Source of the DNA: an uncultured delta proteobacterium
GTDB lineage: Bacteria; Myxococcota_A; Polyangia; Haliangiales; Haliangiaceae
DNA: 64,000 bases
Reading direction: 5' to 3'
NCBI GenBank assembly: GCA_963848295.1
Contig: CAWKDB010000010.1
Coordinates: forward strand, 4,384,001-4,448,000
Positions 1 to 10,860 of this stretch are shown in pieces. The stretch's first letter is position 1. Every line of letters starts with the position of its first letter. The translations under genes and the position numbers were made by a program. Below the pieces are notes generated by a model. That model ran no database searches and was not told the origin of the DNA. It saw only the letters and a list, made by a program, of their open reading frames with translations.

Positions 1-1333
1 CGCCACCGAGGACGAGCCCGGCGCCAAAGATCAGCGTCGCCGTGGTGTGAAAGCCCAGCCCGGGCAACGCCGCGATCAGGCCGCGCGACATCACTACACC
101 GAGGCCGAGGAGGCCGCCGCCGGCGTAGATCAGGAATGTACCGTTGACGACCGGCGAGACGTGGTCCTTGATCCAACGGCCCAACGTCACGTCGGTCTTG
201 CCGAACACGCGACAGATCGCCCATGGAATGACCGCGAGCGGAGCCGGCAGGTACAGCTGTCGCGCCTGGCCCATCACGAACCCGGCGAACCAACCGGAGG
301 CGAGCGCGAGCCCGACCGCGATGCCGGCGAACGGATGACACAGACCGACGAACGCACCCCACGCGAGCGCCGGTGCGAGCTGCTTGGCGTCGTCGAGCCA
401 GCGCACGCCATAGCCGAGGGCGAGCGGGAACGCGGCGAGCGCCCACGTCTGGGTATAGAGCCCGACCCTGAACGTGCCGGCGTTGCCGGTGCCCCAGCGC
501 GACTCGCCGTTGATGAACGCCACGACGAACGCGGCGATCACCGCCTGCCACGGTGTGGCGCCGATCAAGCGCATGCCCTTGTACGCGGCGAGCGGCGCGA
601 GCACGAGCGGCACGAAGACGCTGAGCTGAAACCAGAACAGCAGGTGGCCGAAGATCGCAGCAGGCACCGCCGACACCAGCTGCGGGATGACCTGGTAGTA
701 GTACGCCGACGCGTAGCCGGCGTTCGCGCTCGGATTCCAGAAGTCGAAGTCTCCGACGCGCAGGCAGTCGGCGATGCGTCGGCTCTCCGCCATGTGGAAC
801 GTCAAGTCGTCGCCGATCGGCGGGCCGTTGAAGACCGGGCCGTGAATGATCGCGACGACGATCGTGACGTGCGCGAGCACGATCAGGGCGCCGTGCTCGG
901 ACAGCCAGTCTGCCGCGACCGCCCACGAGTCGCGCGGTTCGCGGCGCCACACCCGCAGTTCGTGTGCCGCGAGCATGCCGAGGATGCTCAGGTCGAACGC
1001 CATCGTGACGCCGCCGATCATCGTGCTCACCGGGGCGGGGCCGAGCTGACCGGGGTCGAGGGCGGCGATCAGCGCGAACACCGCGATGCCGCCGAGCCCG
1101 ACGCTCCACACCCGGCGCGTAGGCGTTCGCCACATCACCGCGAAGCCGCCGAGCAGGACAGCGACAGAAGCGACCGGAACCTGAACCGCCGGCTGCCACA
1201 CGTCGAGCCAGTGCGACAGCACCCACAGCGCGCCGTCGCCGACCGCGACGACAATACCGATGACCGCGAAGCTGATTGCGGTCCACGACGCGAGCTCGCG
1301 GATGCGAGCCAGCCGCGACGCCGTGGCGGTCAC
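1..1333 (-). CDS. Polytopic membrane protein, probable GT-C/YfhO-like glycosyltransferase (3' end outside the window)
   Basis: Not in the ORF track because it runs off the left edge. My translation from GTG 1333 (overlapping the pfkB stop) gives several hydrophobic helices and the segment GDDLTFHMAE...FWNPSANAGYASAYYYQ, which resembles GT-C/YfhO loops. Confidence 0.65.
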   Translation of the reverse strand, partial: MTATASRLARIRELASWTAISFAVIGIVVAVGDGALWVLSHWLDVWQPAVQVPVASVAVLLGGFAVMWRTPTRRVWSVGLGGIAVFALIAALDPGQLGPAPVSTMIGGVTMAFDLSILGMLAAHELRVWRREPRDSWAVAADWLSEHGALIVLAHVTIVVAIIHGPVFNGPPIGDDLTFHMAESRRIADCLRVGDFDFWNPSANAGYASAYYYQVIPQLVSAVPAAIFGHLLFWFQLSVFVPLVLAPLAAYKGMRLIGATPWQAVIAAFVVAFINGESRWGTGNAGTFRVGLYTQTWALAAFPLALGYGVRWLDDAKQLAPALAWGAFVGLCHPFAGIAVGLALASGWFAGFVMGQARQLYLPAPLAVIPWAICRVFGKTDVTLGRWIKDHVSPVVNGTFLIYAGGGLLGLGVVMSRGLIAALPGLGFHTTATLIFGAGLVLGG

Positions 1334-2235
1334 GCCGCCGCCTCGCCGAGTAGGCCGGCGACGAGCTCGTCCGAGAACACCGGCGTCGCCCCGCGGACGC
1401 TAGCGACCTCGGCCGCCCATCGACTCGCGACGCGCGCACTCGCCTCGAGATCCCAGCCGAGCGTCATCCCGTGGACCAGTAGCGCGAGGTAAGCGTCGCC
1501 GCAACCGACGTTGTCGCCGCCGGCCCGCGCGCGGATGGCCGGCACGTGCAGCTCGCGCTCGCCGTATAGCGTCGAGCCTGCGGCACCATGGGTCACCGCG
1601 ACGACGCGAGCGCGAGCGCGCAGCCGCGGTAGGGCCGGGTGGCCGTACCAAGTCGTCAGCACGTCGAGCTCGCGGTCGTTGACCTTGATGACGTCGGCGG
1701 CATCGAGCGCCTCGCGCACCGCGGCGCGTTCGCCCGGATCGCCGCTCGCGACGCCGTCGGTCGTCCTTAGATTCACGTCGCACACCTTGAGGCAGCCGCG
1801 GCCCGCCGCCGCGATCGCTTCGCGCCAGCCGGCGAGCCCTTCGGCGGTGCGTTGGGCGAGCGAGCCGAACACGAGCACACCGGCCTCGCCGATCGCGCGC
1901 CGCGCCTCGGGCGTGCACTCGATGCGCTGCCACGCGCGGTCCGGGACGAGCGTGTAGCGCGGCTCGCCGGCTTCGATCACGACCTTGACCTCACCGGTCG
2001 CGCGCTCGCGATCGACCTGGATGAGGGACGTGTCGCAGACTTGTGCGATCCGCTCGATCGCGCGCTGACCGTCGGCATCGTCGCCAACGCGAGTGACGAG
2101 CTGGGCCCAGCCGCCGGCCAACCCGAGGTGCCACGCGACGTTCGCTGGCGCGCCGCCGAGCTGGTCGCCATCGGGGAACTTGTCCCAGAGCAGCTCGCCC
2201 CAGATCACCACGGCTTGGTCGGAGGAGCTTGACAT
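1330..2235 (-). CDS. PfkB-family carbohydrate kinase (fructokinase-like)
   Basis: Motifs [30 protein letters not shown] and DNVGCGDAY. Confidence 0.9.
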   Translation of the reverse strand: MSSSSDQAVVIWGELLWDKFPDGDQLGGAPANVAWHLGLAGGWAQLVTRVGDDADGQRAIERIAQVCDTSLIQVDRERATGEVKVVIEAGEPRYTLVPDRAWQRIECTPEARRAIGEAGVLVFGSLAQRTAEGLAGWREAIAAAGRGCLKVCDVNLRTTDGVASGDPGERAAVREALDAADVIKVNDRELDVLTTWYGHPALPRLRARARVVAVTHGAAGSTLYGERELHVPAIRARAGGDNVGCGDAYLALLVHGMTLGWDLEASARVASRWAAEVASVRGATPVFSDELVAGLLGEAAA

Positions 2236-2245
2236 CGGCGCAGTT

Positions 2246-2262
2246 AGTGTAAACTATACACT
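2246..2262. promoter_or_regulatory. NrtR-type operator palindrome AGTGTA-N5-TACACT
   Basis: AT-rich inverted repeat with a GT-N7-AC core in the 31-bp gap between divergent pfkB and pncB. nrtR lies in the pncB operon. TTGACA is at 2229-2234. Confidence 0.8.
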
Positions 2263-2266
2263 CAGA

Positions 2267-3735
2267 ATGACGGACAGCCTCGACGACCTCTACGGTGGCT
2301 CGCTCGCGCTGCTGACCGACTTGTATCAGCTGACGATGGCCTGCGGCTACTGGAAGGAAGGCGCCGCGGAGCGCGAGGCGGTGTTTCATCTCACGTTTCG
2401 CAAGCCGCCGTTTGCCGGTGGCTATGCGATCGCCGCTGGCATAGCGCCTGCGGTGGCGTTGCTGCGCCGGTTGCGGTTCACCGACGACGACGTGCGCTAC
2501 CTCGCGACCTTGCGCGATGCCGCCGGCGGGGCGCTGTTCCCCAGCGGCTTTCTCGACTACCTGCAAGCGCTGCGGTTCACGTGTACCGTCGACGCCGTGC
2601 CCGAGGGCGCGGCGGTGTTCGCGCACGAACCGCTGATTCGCGTGCGCGGGCCGATCTTGCAAGCGCAGCTGGTCGAGACGCCGTTGCTCGCGATCATCAA
2701 CTTTCAGACCCTGATCGCGACGAAGGCCGCGCGGGTCTGCCAGTCGGCGCGAGGCCAGAGCGTGCTCGAGTTCGGGCTGCGCCGCGCCCAGGGCATCGAC
2801 GGTGGAGTCTCGGCCTCGCGCGCGGCGTACATCGGCGGCTGTCATGGCACGTCGAACGTGCTCGCCGGTAAGCTGTTCGGCATTCCCGTCGGCGGCACCC
2901 ACGCGCATAGTTGGGTGATGTTCCACGACGACGAGCTCGCCGCGTTCCGCGCGTACGCCGACGCGCAGCCCGGCAACTGTACGTTCCTCGTCGACACCTA
3001 CGACACGATCGCCGGGGTGCGCCACGCGATCGCGATCGGCCACGAGCTGCGCGCGGCCGGTCACGCGCTCGTCGCGATCCGGCTCGACTCCGGCGATCTC
3101 GCGCACCTGTCGATCGAAGCGCGCGCGCTGCTCGACGCGGCGGGCTTTGCCGAGACGAAGATCGTCGCCTCGAACGATCTCGACGAGGACCTGATCGCGA
3201 GCTTGCGCGAGCAGGGCGCGCGGATCGACGTGTGGGGCGTCGGCACGCGGCTCGTCACGGGTCACGGTGCGGGCGCGCTCGGCGGCGTGTACAAGCTGGG
3301 AGCCGCGCGCGATCGCGCCGGCGTGTGGCGCGACCGGATCAAGCTGTCGGAGCAGCCGACGAAGATCTCGAACCCCGGCGTGCTGCAGGTCCGTCGGCTG
3401 TGGCACGGCGCCGAGCTCGCAGGCGACATCATCTACGACAGCGAGCACGGGCTCGCCAGTCCCGCGAGCTATGACCTCGAGGACCTGTCGCGGCCGCCGG
3501 TGATCGTCGCGCACGACCGCAGCGAGGACTTGCTGACCTGCGTGCTCGATCGCGGGGAGCCGTGCGCGACGTTCGAGCTAGACGGCGCGCGCGCCCGGGC
3601 GGCCGCTGACCTCGCGGCGCTGTCCCCGCGCACGAAGCGCTTCTTGAATCCGCAGCCGTACTCGGTCGGCCTCGACGCGCACGTCCACGACCGCAAGCGC
3701 GCGCTGATCGCGAAGGCGCGCGAGGGAGCACGCTG

Positions 3736-3736
<1 letters not shown>
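2267..3736 (+). CDS. pncB: Nicotinate phosphoribosyltransferase
   Basis: [49 protein letters not shown]. The likely start is ATG 2267 within track ORF 2093..3736. Confidence 0.95.
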
Positions 3737-4655
<919 letters not shown>

Positions 4656-4659
4656 CACC

Positions 4660-6683
4660 ATGAGACTCATCAAGGTCGCTGTCGCTTGCGTCAACCAGAC
4701 GCCGTTCGCGTGGGACGACAACTTCGCGCATCTCCGCATGGCGATCGAGCACGCGCGCGCCGAGGGCGCGACCGTGCTGTGCCTGCCCGAGCTCGCGGTC
4801 ACCGGATACGGCTGCGAAGACGCGTTCTTCATCGACGGCTTGCAAGACACCGCGTTCGCTCAGCTCGAGCAGCTCGCGACCCACACGCGCGGCATGATCG
4901 TCGCGGTCGGTCTGCCGCTCTATCACGAGAAGGCGCTGTACAACGGCGCCGCGCTGCTCGCCGACGGGGCGATCATCGGGTTCGTCGCGAAGCAATTTCT
5001 CGCCGGCGACGGCATTCACTACGAGCCGCGCTGGTTCAAGCCGTGGCCGAAGGGCGAGGTCGACGAGCTCGAGCGCGTCGCCGAGGACGGCACCGTCAGG
5101 CGCTATCCGATCGGCGATCTCGTGTTCGAGCTCGGCGATGTTCGGATCGGCTTCGAGATCTGCGAGGACGCGTGGGTCGCGGATCGTCCCGGCGTCGATC
5201 TCGCGCTGCGCGGCGTCGACATCCTGTGCAATCCCTCGGCGAGCCACTTCGCGTTCGGCAAGTTCGCGGTGCGCCAGCGGTTCGTGATCGAAGGATCGCG
5301 AGCGTTCGGCGTCGGCTATCTCTACGCGAATCTGCTCGGCAACGAGGCCGGGCGCATCATCTACGATGGCGGTGGCTTGATCGCGTCGGGCGGCGAGCTG
5401 CTCGCGCGCGGCCGGCGGTTCTCGTTCCGCGACGTCGAGCTCGCCACCGCGATGATCGACATCGACGGCAATCGTCGAGATCAGGCGCGCCGCGGCAGCC
5501 ATCGCCCGCGGCACGATGCGGAAGAGCAGGTCGTCGCGCGTGCGTTTGCATGGCCGGTGCGGTCGCCGGAGAGGCCGGTGCAGCTCGAGCGCAGCTGGGA
5601 GGACCGGGCGAGCGTGCGCGAAGAGGAATTCACGCGCTGCGTCGCGCTCGGCTTGTGGGATTACCTGCGGAAGAGTCGGGCACAGGGATTCGTGATCTCG
5701 CTGTCCGGCGGAGCGGATTCGGCGGCGTGCGCGGTGTTGGTCGCATCCGCGGTCCGCCTCGCATTCAGCGAGCTCGGCGCGGGCGGCGTGCGCAAGCAGT
5801 TGCCCTCGTGCACGCGCGTCCACGATGTGATCGACAAAGGCCCGCGTGCCGCGATCGGCGCGCTGCTCGACGTGCGCCTATCAACCGACCGAACACTCGA
5901 GCTCGCTCACGCGCGCGGCCGCCGAAGCGCTCGCCCGCGCACTCGGTGCGGAGTTTCACATCATCGATATCGATGCAGAGGTCAAGGCGTACATCGTCAG
6001 CCTCGAGCGCGCGGTCGGCCGGGCACTGACGTGGGATCGCGACGATGTCGCGCTGCAGAACATCCAGGCGCGCGTGCGCGCGCCGTCGATCTGGATGCTC
6101 GCGAATCTCCGCAACGCGGTGTTGTTGACGACGTCGAACCGCTCGGAAGCCGCGGTCGGCTACGCGACGATGGACGGGGACACCGCGGGCGGGCTCGCGC
6201 CGCTCGGCGGGATCGACAAGACCTACCTGCGCTATGGCTATCGTGGATGGAGACCAAGGGCCCGGTCGGGCTCGAGCCCGTGCCCGAGTTGCGATTCATC
6301 AACACGCAAGCGCCGACCGCCGAGCTCCGCCCGGCCGCGGCATGCGCAGACGGATGAGGCCGACCTCATGCCGTACGACGTGCTGGAGGCGATCGAAGAC
6401 TCCTCGATCCGCGACAAGCACACGCCGATCGAAGTACTCCAGCAACTGTTGCCGCGCTATCCCGACGTGCAGGCTGCCCAGCTCGCCGCGGTGGATCGAG
6501 CGATTCTTCCGGCTGTGGTGTCGCAATCAATGGAAGCGCGAACGGATCGCGCCGAGCTTTCACCTCGACGATCGCAACGTCGATCCACGCTCGTGGTGCC
6601 GCTTCCCGATCTTGTCCGGCGGCTTCGAGCGCGAGCTCGCCGAGCTGCGGGCGTACGTCGCGACGGGCAAAGCGGGGCGCTAG
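4660..6683 (+). CDS. nadE: Glutamine-dependent NAD+ synthetase (several frameshifts after ~5870)
   Basis: Nitrilase domain (PEL.VTGY, EICED.W), then [38 protein letters not shown] and QTDE.DLMPY across ORFs 4660, 5846 and 6234. Confidence 0.93.
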
Positions 6684-7376
6684 TGGCGCACACGTATGAC
6701 TATCCTCGCGCCGCGCTGGCGGTCGACTGCGTCGTGTTCGGGCTCGATGTCTCCGATCTCAAGGTGCTCCTGATCCAGCGCAAGCTCGCGCCGTTCCAAC
6801 ACGCGTGGGCCTTGCCTGGCGGCTTCGTCCACCTCGACGAGACCCTCGACGAGGCGGCGGCGCGCGAGCTGCGCGAAGAAGCGGGCGTCACCGAGGTCTA
6901 TCTCGAGCAGCTCTACACGTTCGGGACGATCGATCGAGATCCGCGCGAGCGCGTCGTCACGATCGCGTACTACGCGCTCGCGAAGCTCGGCGATCATCGG
7001 ATTCGCGCCGCCACGGACGCCGATGGGCGTCGGCTGGTTCGCGCTCGACGATCTGCCGAAGCTGGCGTTCGACCACGCGATGATCGTCGCTCGCGCGCAC
7101 GAGCGGCTGCGCGGCAAGGTGCGCTACGCGCCCGTCGGGTTCGAGCTGCTCCCGCCGCGGTTCTCGCTCACCCAGCTCCAGCGCCTGTACGAGATCATCC
7201 TCGGCGCCGACCTCGACAAGCGCAACTTCCGCAAGAAGCTGCTCGCGATGGATCTGTTGGTCGAGACCGACGAGCTCGAGCAAGGCGTGCGCCATCGCGC
7301 CGCGCGGCTCTATCGCTTCGATCGCAGGAAGTACGACCGGCTGACCAAGCAAGGCTTCGAGTTCTCGCTCGCGTGA
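6683..7376 (+). CDS. nrtR: Nudix-related transcriptional regulator (frameshift at ~7021)
   Basis: Nudix box [40 protein letters not shown], then a wHTH LAFDH...F.L.QLQ.LYE.IL...LDKRNFRKK. Confidence 0.92.
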
Positions 7377-7484
7377 CCGGACAAGACCGGACGGATCCGG
7401 CCATCCGGACGCCACGAGCGTGAGGGATCGCGACCTTGCGCGTGGCCTCGTTCGTGCTGTTGCTCCCGGTCGACAGGAGATACG

Positions 7485-7847
7485 GTGATGAACGAGCAAG
7501 ACATGACGGCGCCAGTGACCCGTGGAGAGCTCAAGCAAGAGCTCGCACAGCTCAAAGCAGAGCTCAAAGCAGAGCTCAAGATCGACCTCGATCGAGCTCT
7601 CGTCGATGTGGTGCGCAAGCCCGACCTCGACCGAGCTCTCGCGGACGTCGTGCGCAGACCCGAGCTCGAGGCTTGGGGCAAATGGCTCTCGGCCGAGCTC
7701 GCACAGCACGTCACCGCGATGACCGAAGCGCTGCGCGCCGAGTTTCGCGTCGGCGACGATCAGTACAAAGACTTGCCGGCGCGCGTGTCGCGGCTCGAGA
7801 CCGCGGTGTTCACGCCGAAGCCGGCGCGCCGCCGCCGCTCGAGCTGA
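7485..7847 (+). CDS. Hypothetical coiled-coil protein with internal repeats
   Basis: SD AGGAG upstream; ELKA repeats and a duplicated 13-aa unit DLDRAL(V/A)DVVR(K/R)P. Confidence 0.65.
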   Translation: MMNEQDMTAPVTRGELKQELAQLKAELKAELKIDLDRALVDVVRKPDLDRALADVVRRPELEAWGKWLSAELAQHVTAMTEALRAEFRVGDDQYKDLPARVSRLETAVFTPKPARRRRSS

Positions 7848-7853
7848 TCGCGA

Positions 7854-9653
7854 CTACTGGATCTGGACGATCTGCGTCGTCCACTGCGCGATGTGGTTCG
7901 ACGTCGTGACGTCCTGAAACGGCAGCGCGAACGCGATCGAGCTCGGGTCGGTGCCGGCGGGGGCGTCGAGGTCGATCGCCGCCATCCACAGCAGCGTGCC
8001 GCTGCCGGGCGAGCGCAAGCCGTACATCCGCTTCGACGAGAACGTGATCCACGCGATGTGGCCGCCCGCGGCGGTCTTGTCGAACACGAACGGGTTCCAC
8101 TTCGGGAACGAGTTCGTCAGCGCGGTGTTCGCACCGTCGGCGACGCCCGGGAGGTTCGCGTTCGCGAGCACGACCGGGGTTGGACTCGCGGCGGTCGAGT
8201 CGATCGCCTTCAACGTAGCGGTCGGGCTCGTATCCGCCTCGCACTCGGTGCCCTTGGTGGTGCCCGACGTGCAGGTCGCCTCGTCGTAGACCAACAGCCT
8301 GCCGTCGGGCGCATAGGCCGGGTAGTACTCGTTGTGCAGGTTGTCCGGCGCGGCGACGAGCAACTCGGGCGTGCCGCCGGCTGCGTCGACCTGGTAGATG
8401 CTGCCGTTCCACATCCGCTGCATCGTGCCCGCGATGCCGACGCGGACGTAGGCGATCCGCGAGCCGTCGAGCGACCAGTCGGGATGGTCGGTCGGGTTCG
8501 CCGCGGTGCCGCCGACATCAATCGTCGAGTCCAGCGTGGCGTCGTTGCCGTTGATCACCATCAGGTTGTAGTTCGTCGCGCCGCTATCGCCGTAGACCGC
8601 GGCGTACTGGCTGCCGGTCGGGTTCCAGGTCTCGAACATCGTCTTCGGCGTCGTGCCGAACTGGTTCATCACGGTCTTCGTCGCGACATCGACGAGCGCG
8701 GTCCGGCCGTCGTTCTGGCCATTGACCTCGGCGACGAGCTTCGTGCCGTCGCGCGACAACGCGTGGCAGCCGATGCACGTTCCTTCGAGCTCGGTCCCGG
8801 CGTACTTGACCGCCTGGGTCTGGGTCGTCGACGCGAAGTCGTAGCGCATGATCGCCTCGGTCGTCGTCGTCCAGTAGTAGATGCCACCCGACACGTCTTC
8901 GTAGGTGAAGGCGAGCTTCATCGCGGCCGAGGCGCCGTACGTCGCTCCGGTCGTGTCGGTGCCTTTCAGCGACCACATCACCGGATCCGCGGCGCGGTTG
9001 GTGTTCGACAACCAGGTCCACAGCTGCGCGTCGGGCTGGTAGATGCAGCCGCCGTTCAACGGCAGCGTGCACTGCAAGTACACCGTGATGTCGGTGATCG
9101 AGTTCTCGAACGACAGGGCGAAGACCGTGTTGGCCGCGCCCGGGTGAAAGTGGAATTCGAGCCGGCCGAGGTTCGGCGGCACGAGCGCGCCGTCGTTCGG
9201 ATAGACGAGATCCGGCGCGCGCGTGTTGTCGGCGGTGCCGGTGAACAAGCTGCTCGGATCGGCGGGCAGGCCGGTCGACGCCGGATCATTCCAGCTCGTC
9301 TTGAACATCACGTTGACCGGAGTCGAGGCCTGCGCCGAGCCTGCGGTCGCGATCACTTGGGTCGTGCCGCCGCGATCGGTGCCGGTCGTCAGGTCGGCGC
9401 CGGTGAAGCCGCCGAGCGTCGAGTCGGCGAGCGACAGCACGGCTTGATCGGTGATGTCCTCGGTGTGTCCGTCATTGAATACGCCGGTGACCGTGTAGGT
9501 GCTGGTCGCAGCCACGCCGTCTTGCACGACGAGCGTCTGATCGTCGGGCGAGACCTTCATCGATGCGAGGTCGTCGAGGCCGCTGCCCGAACCCGCCCCT
9601 TTTTCGTGGTTGCCGCAGCCGACGAGTAACAGAGCAATCCAGGCGTAGCGCAT
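7854..9653 (-). CDS. Secreted lipoprotein with Ig-like N-terminal part and TolB/PD40-like beta-propeller
   Basis: Lipobox LLLVGC after ATG 9653; propeller repeats ALSRDG, PDWSLDG, PAYAPDG; C-terminal LPFQD..TSNHIAQW. Confidence 0.75.
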   Translation of the reverse strand: MRYAWIALLLVGCGNHEKGAGSGSGLDDLASMKVSPDDQTLVVQDGVAATSTYTVTGVFNDGHTEDITDQAVLSLADSTLGGFTGADLTTGTDRGGTTQVIATAGSAQASTPVNVMFKTSWNDPASTGLPADPSSLFTGTADNTRAPDLVYPNDGALVPPNLGRLEFHFHPGAANTVFALSFENSITDITVYLQCTLPLNGGCIYQPDAQLWTWLSNTNRAADPVMWSLKGTDTTGATYGASAAMKLAFTYEDVSGGIYYWTTTTEAIMRYDFASTTQTQAVKYAGTELEGTCIGCHALSRDGTKLVAEVNGQNDGRTALVDVATKTVMNQFGTTPKTMFETWNPTGSQYAAVYGDSGATNYNLMVINGNDATLDSTIDVGGTAANPTDHPDWSLDGSRIAYVRVGIAGTMQRMWNGSIYQVDAAGGTPELLVAAPDNLHNEYYPAYAPDGRLLVYDEATCTSGTTKGTECEADTSPTATLKAIDSTAASPTPVVLANANLPGVADGANTALTNSFPKWNPFVFDKTAAGGHIAWITFSSKRMYGLRSPGSGTLLWMAAIDLDAPAGTDPSSIAFALPFQDVTTSNHIAQWTTQIVQIQ

Positions 9654-9819
9654 GGTCTCGTGCAAGAGCACGGCGCGCGCCAGATCGTGGGGCGAAACGC
9701 GCGAAACCACGCGGCTGTGAATCACCGATCGTCATGATCTCGTTCGCGTCGGACGCGTTCCTACATCGTCCCCGGGTCTACAGGCCTAAGGTCAAACGGC
9801 CTATGCGATAAAGACCCGC

Positions 9820-10413
9820 ATGGCGCGAGCTCTCCTACTCGTCGACTTGCAGTACGACTTCATGCCGGGCGGTGCACTCGCGGTCGAGCACGGTGACGAA
9901 GTCGTCGCGGTCGCGTGCGAGCTCGCTCCGCAGTTCGCGATCGTTGTCGCAACGCAGGACTGGCATCCGATCGACCATGGCAGCTTCGCCGCGAATCATC
10001 CCGGCGCGTCACCCGGTCAGCTCGGCGAGCTCGCCGGCCTGCCTCAGGTCCTGTGGCCAGTGCATTGCGTGCAAGGCACTCGCGGCGCCGAGCTCCACGC
10101 AGCGTTGCCGCCATTGACCGCGGTGTTTCGCAAAGGCACCGATCCCGCGATCGACAGCTACTCCGGCTTCTACGACAACGGCAAGCGACGCGCGACCGGG
10201 CTCGGCGATTGGCTGAGCGCGCGGGCGGTCCGCGAGCTCGCCGTGCTCGGGCTCGCCACCGACTATTGCGTGAAGTACACCGTGCTCGACGCGCTCGACT
10301 TGGGCTTCGCGGTAACGCTGATCGCACGCGGCTGTCGCGCAGTCGATCTCACGGCCGGTGACGGTGCGCGCGCGATCACCGAAATGCGCGCGGCCGGCGC
10401 GATCGTGGCGTGA
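9820..10413 (+). CDS. pncA: Nicotinamidase/pyrazinamidase
   Basis: LLLVDLQYDFMPGGAL, TQDWHP, WPVHCVQGT, KG....DSYSGF, GLATDYCV. Confidence 0.95.
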   Translation: MARALLLVDLQYDFMPGGALAVEHGDEVVAVACELAPQFAIVVATQDWHPIDHGSFAANHPGASPGQLGELAGLPQVLWPVHCVQGTRGAELHAALPPLTAVFRKGTDPAIDSYSGFYDNGKRRATGLGDWLSARAVRELAVLGLATDYCVKYTVLDALDLGFAVTLIARGCRAVDLTAGDGARAITEMRAAGAIVA

Positions 10414-10424
10414 GCGCACGGCCT

Positions 10425-10455
10425 CGGCCCCGTGATCGGCCCCGTGATCGGCCCC
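10425..10455. repeat. Short tandem repeat of CGGCCCCGTGAT (about 2.6 copies)
   Basis: Seen directly after the pncA stop. Confidence 0.7.
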
Positions 10456-10496
10456 GACGATTTGGGGCTGGCACGACCGATGCTCCTCCTCGAGGT

Positions 10497-10778
10497 ATGT
10501 CGGATCCACGAGTTCAGTGGCCGGTGCGAGACGACAGCCGAAAGACTCGGCACGAGGACCTCGATCGCGAGCCCGATGGCGTGCCGCACGCCGTAGTCGG
10601 CATGACCGCGCTGTTTGCCGTGATCTTTGCCATCCTGCTCTCCGCGATCTTCATGTCTGGCGGCGTCGTCGGTCATGTGTCCGCGGTGGTGCTAGCGCTC
10701 GTCGCGGTTCCGGTGCTCGTCCGCCGACTCGGTACCAAAGCCGATCGCGAGCGCGATCACCTTCATCCGTCGAGGTGA
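10497..10778 (+). CDS. Small two-TM membrane protein
   Basis: Two hydrophobic segments in ORF 10410..10778; likely start ATG 10497. Confidence 0.55.
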   Translation: MSDPRVQWPVRDDSRKTRHEDLDREPDGVPHAVVGMTALFAVIFAILLSAIFMSGGVVGHVSAVVLALVAVPVLVRRLGTKADRERDHLHPSR

Positions 10779-10860
10779 GCCGTGGCGCCATCGCTCGGCG
10801 GGCGGTAACCGGTGTGCGCTGTTGCGCCCAGCCCCCCGTGACGCGAGCATCCCCGAAGCC

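Noticed and set aside
47..1492. Long Arg-rich ORFs such as 47..1492 +, 12678..15839 -, 18089..20311 + and 47486..49225 -
   Set aside because: These are shadow frames of real genes, caused by stop-codon scarcity in high-GC DNA.
5846..7423. Apparent NadE-Nudix fusion (525-aa ORF)
   Set aside because: Produced by frameshifts. nadE ends at TAG 6683, where the nrtR GTG begins.
8755..8780. CIGCH in the beta-propeller lipoprotein as a heme c site
   Set aside because: A single CxxCH at the start of a propeller blade with no cytochrome context. A structural role is more likely, though heme binding is not excluded.
9740..9818. c-di-GMP-I (GEMM) riboswitch before pncA
   Set aside because: The CCTAAG...TATG segment is similar, but the GGCAAA/GAAA/GACGCAAA P1 elements are missing.
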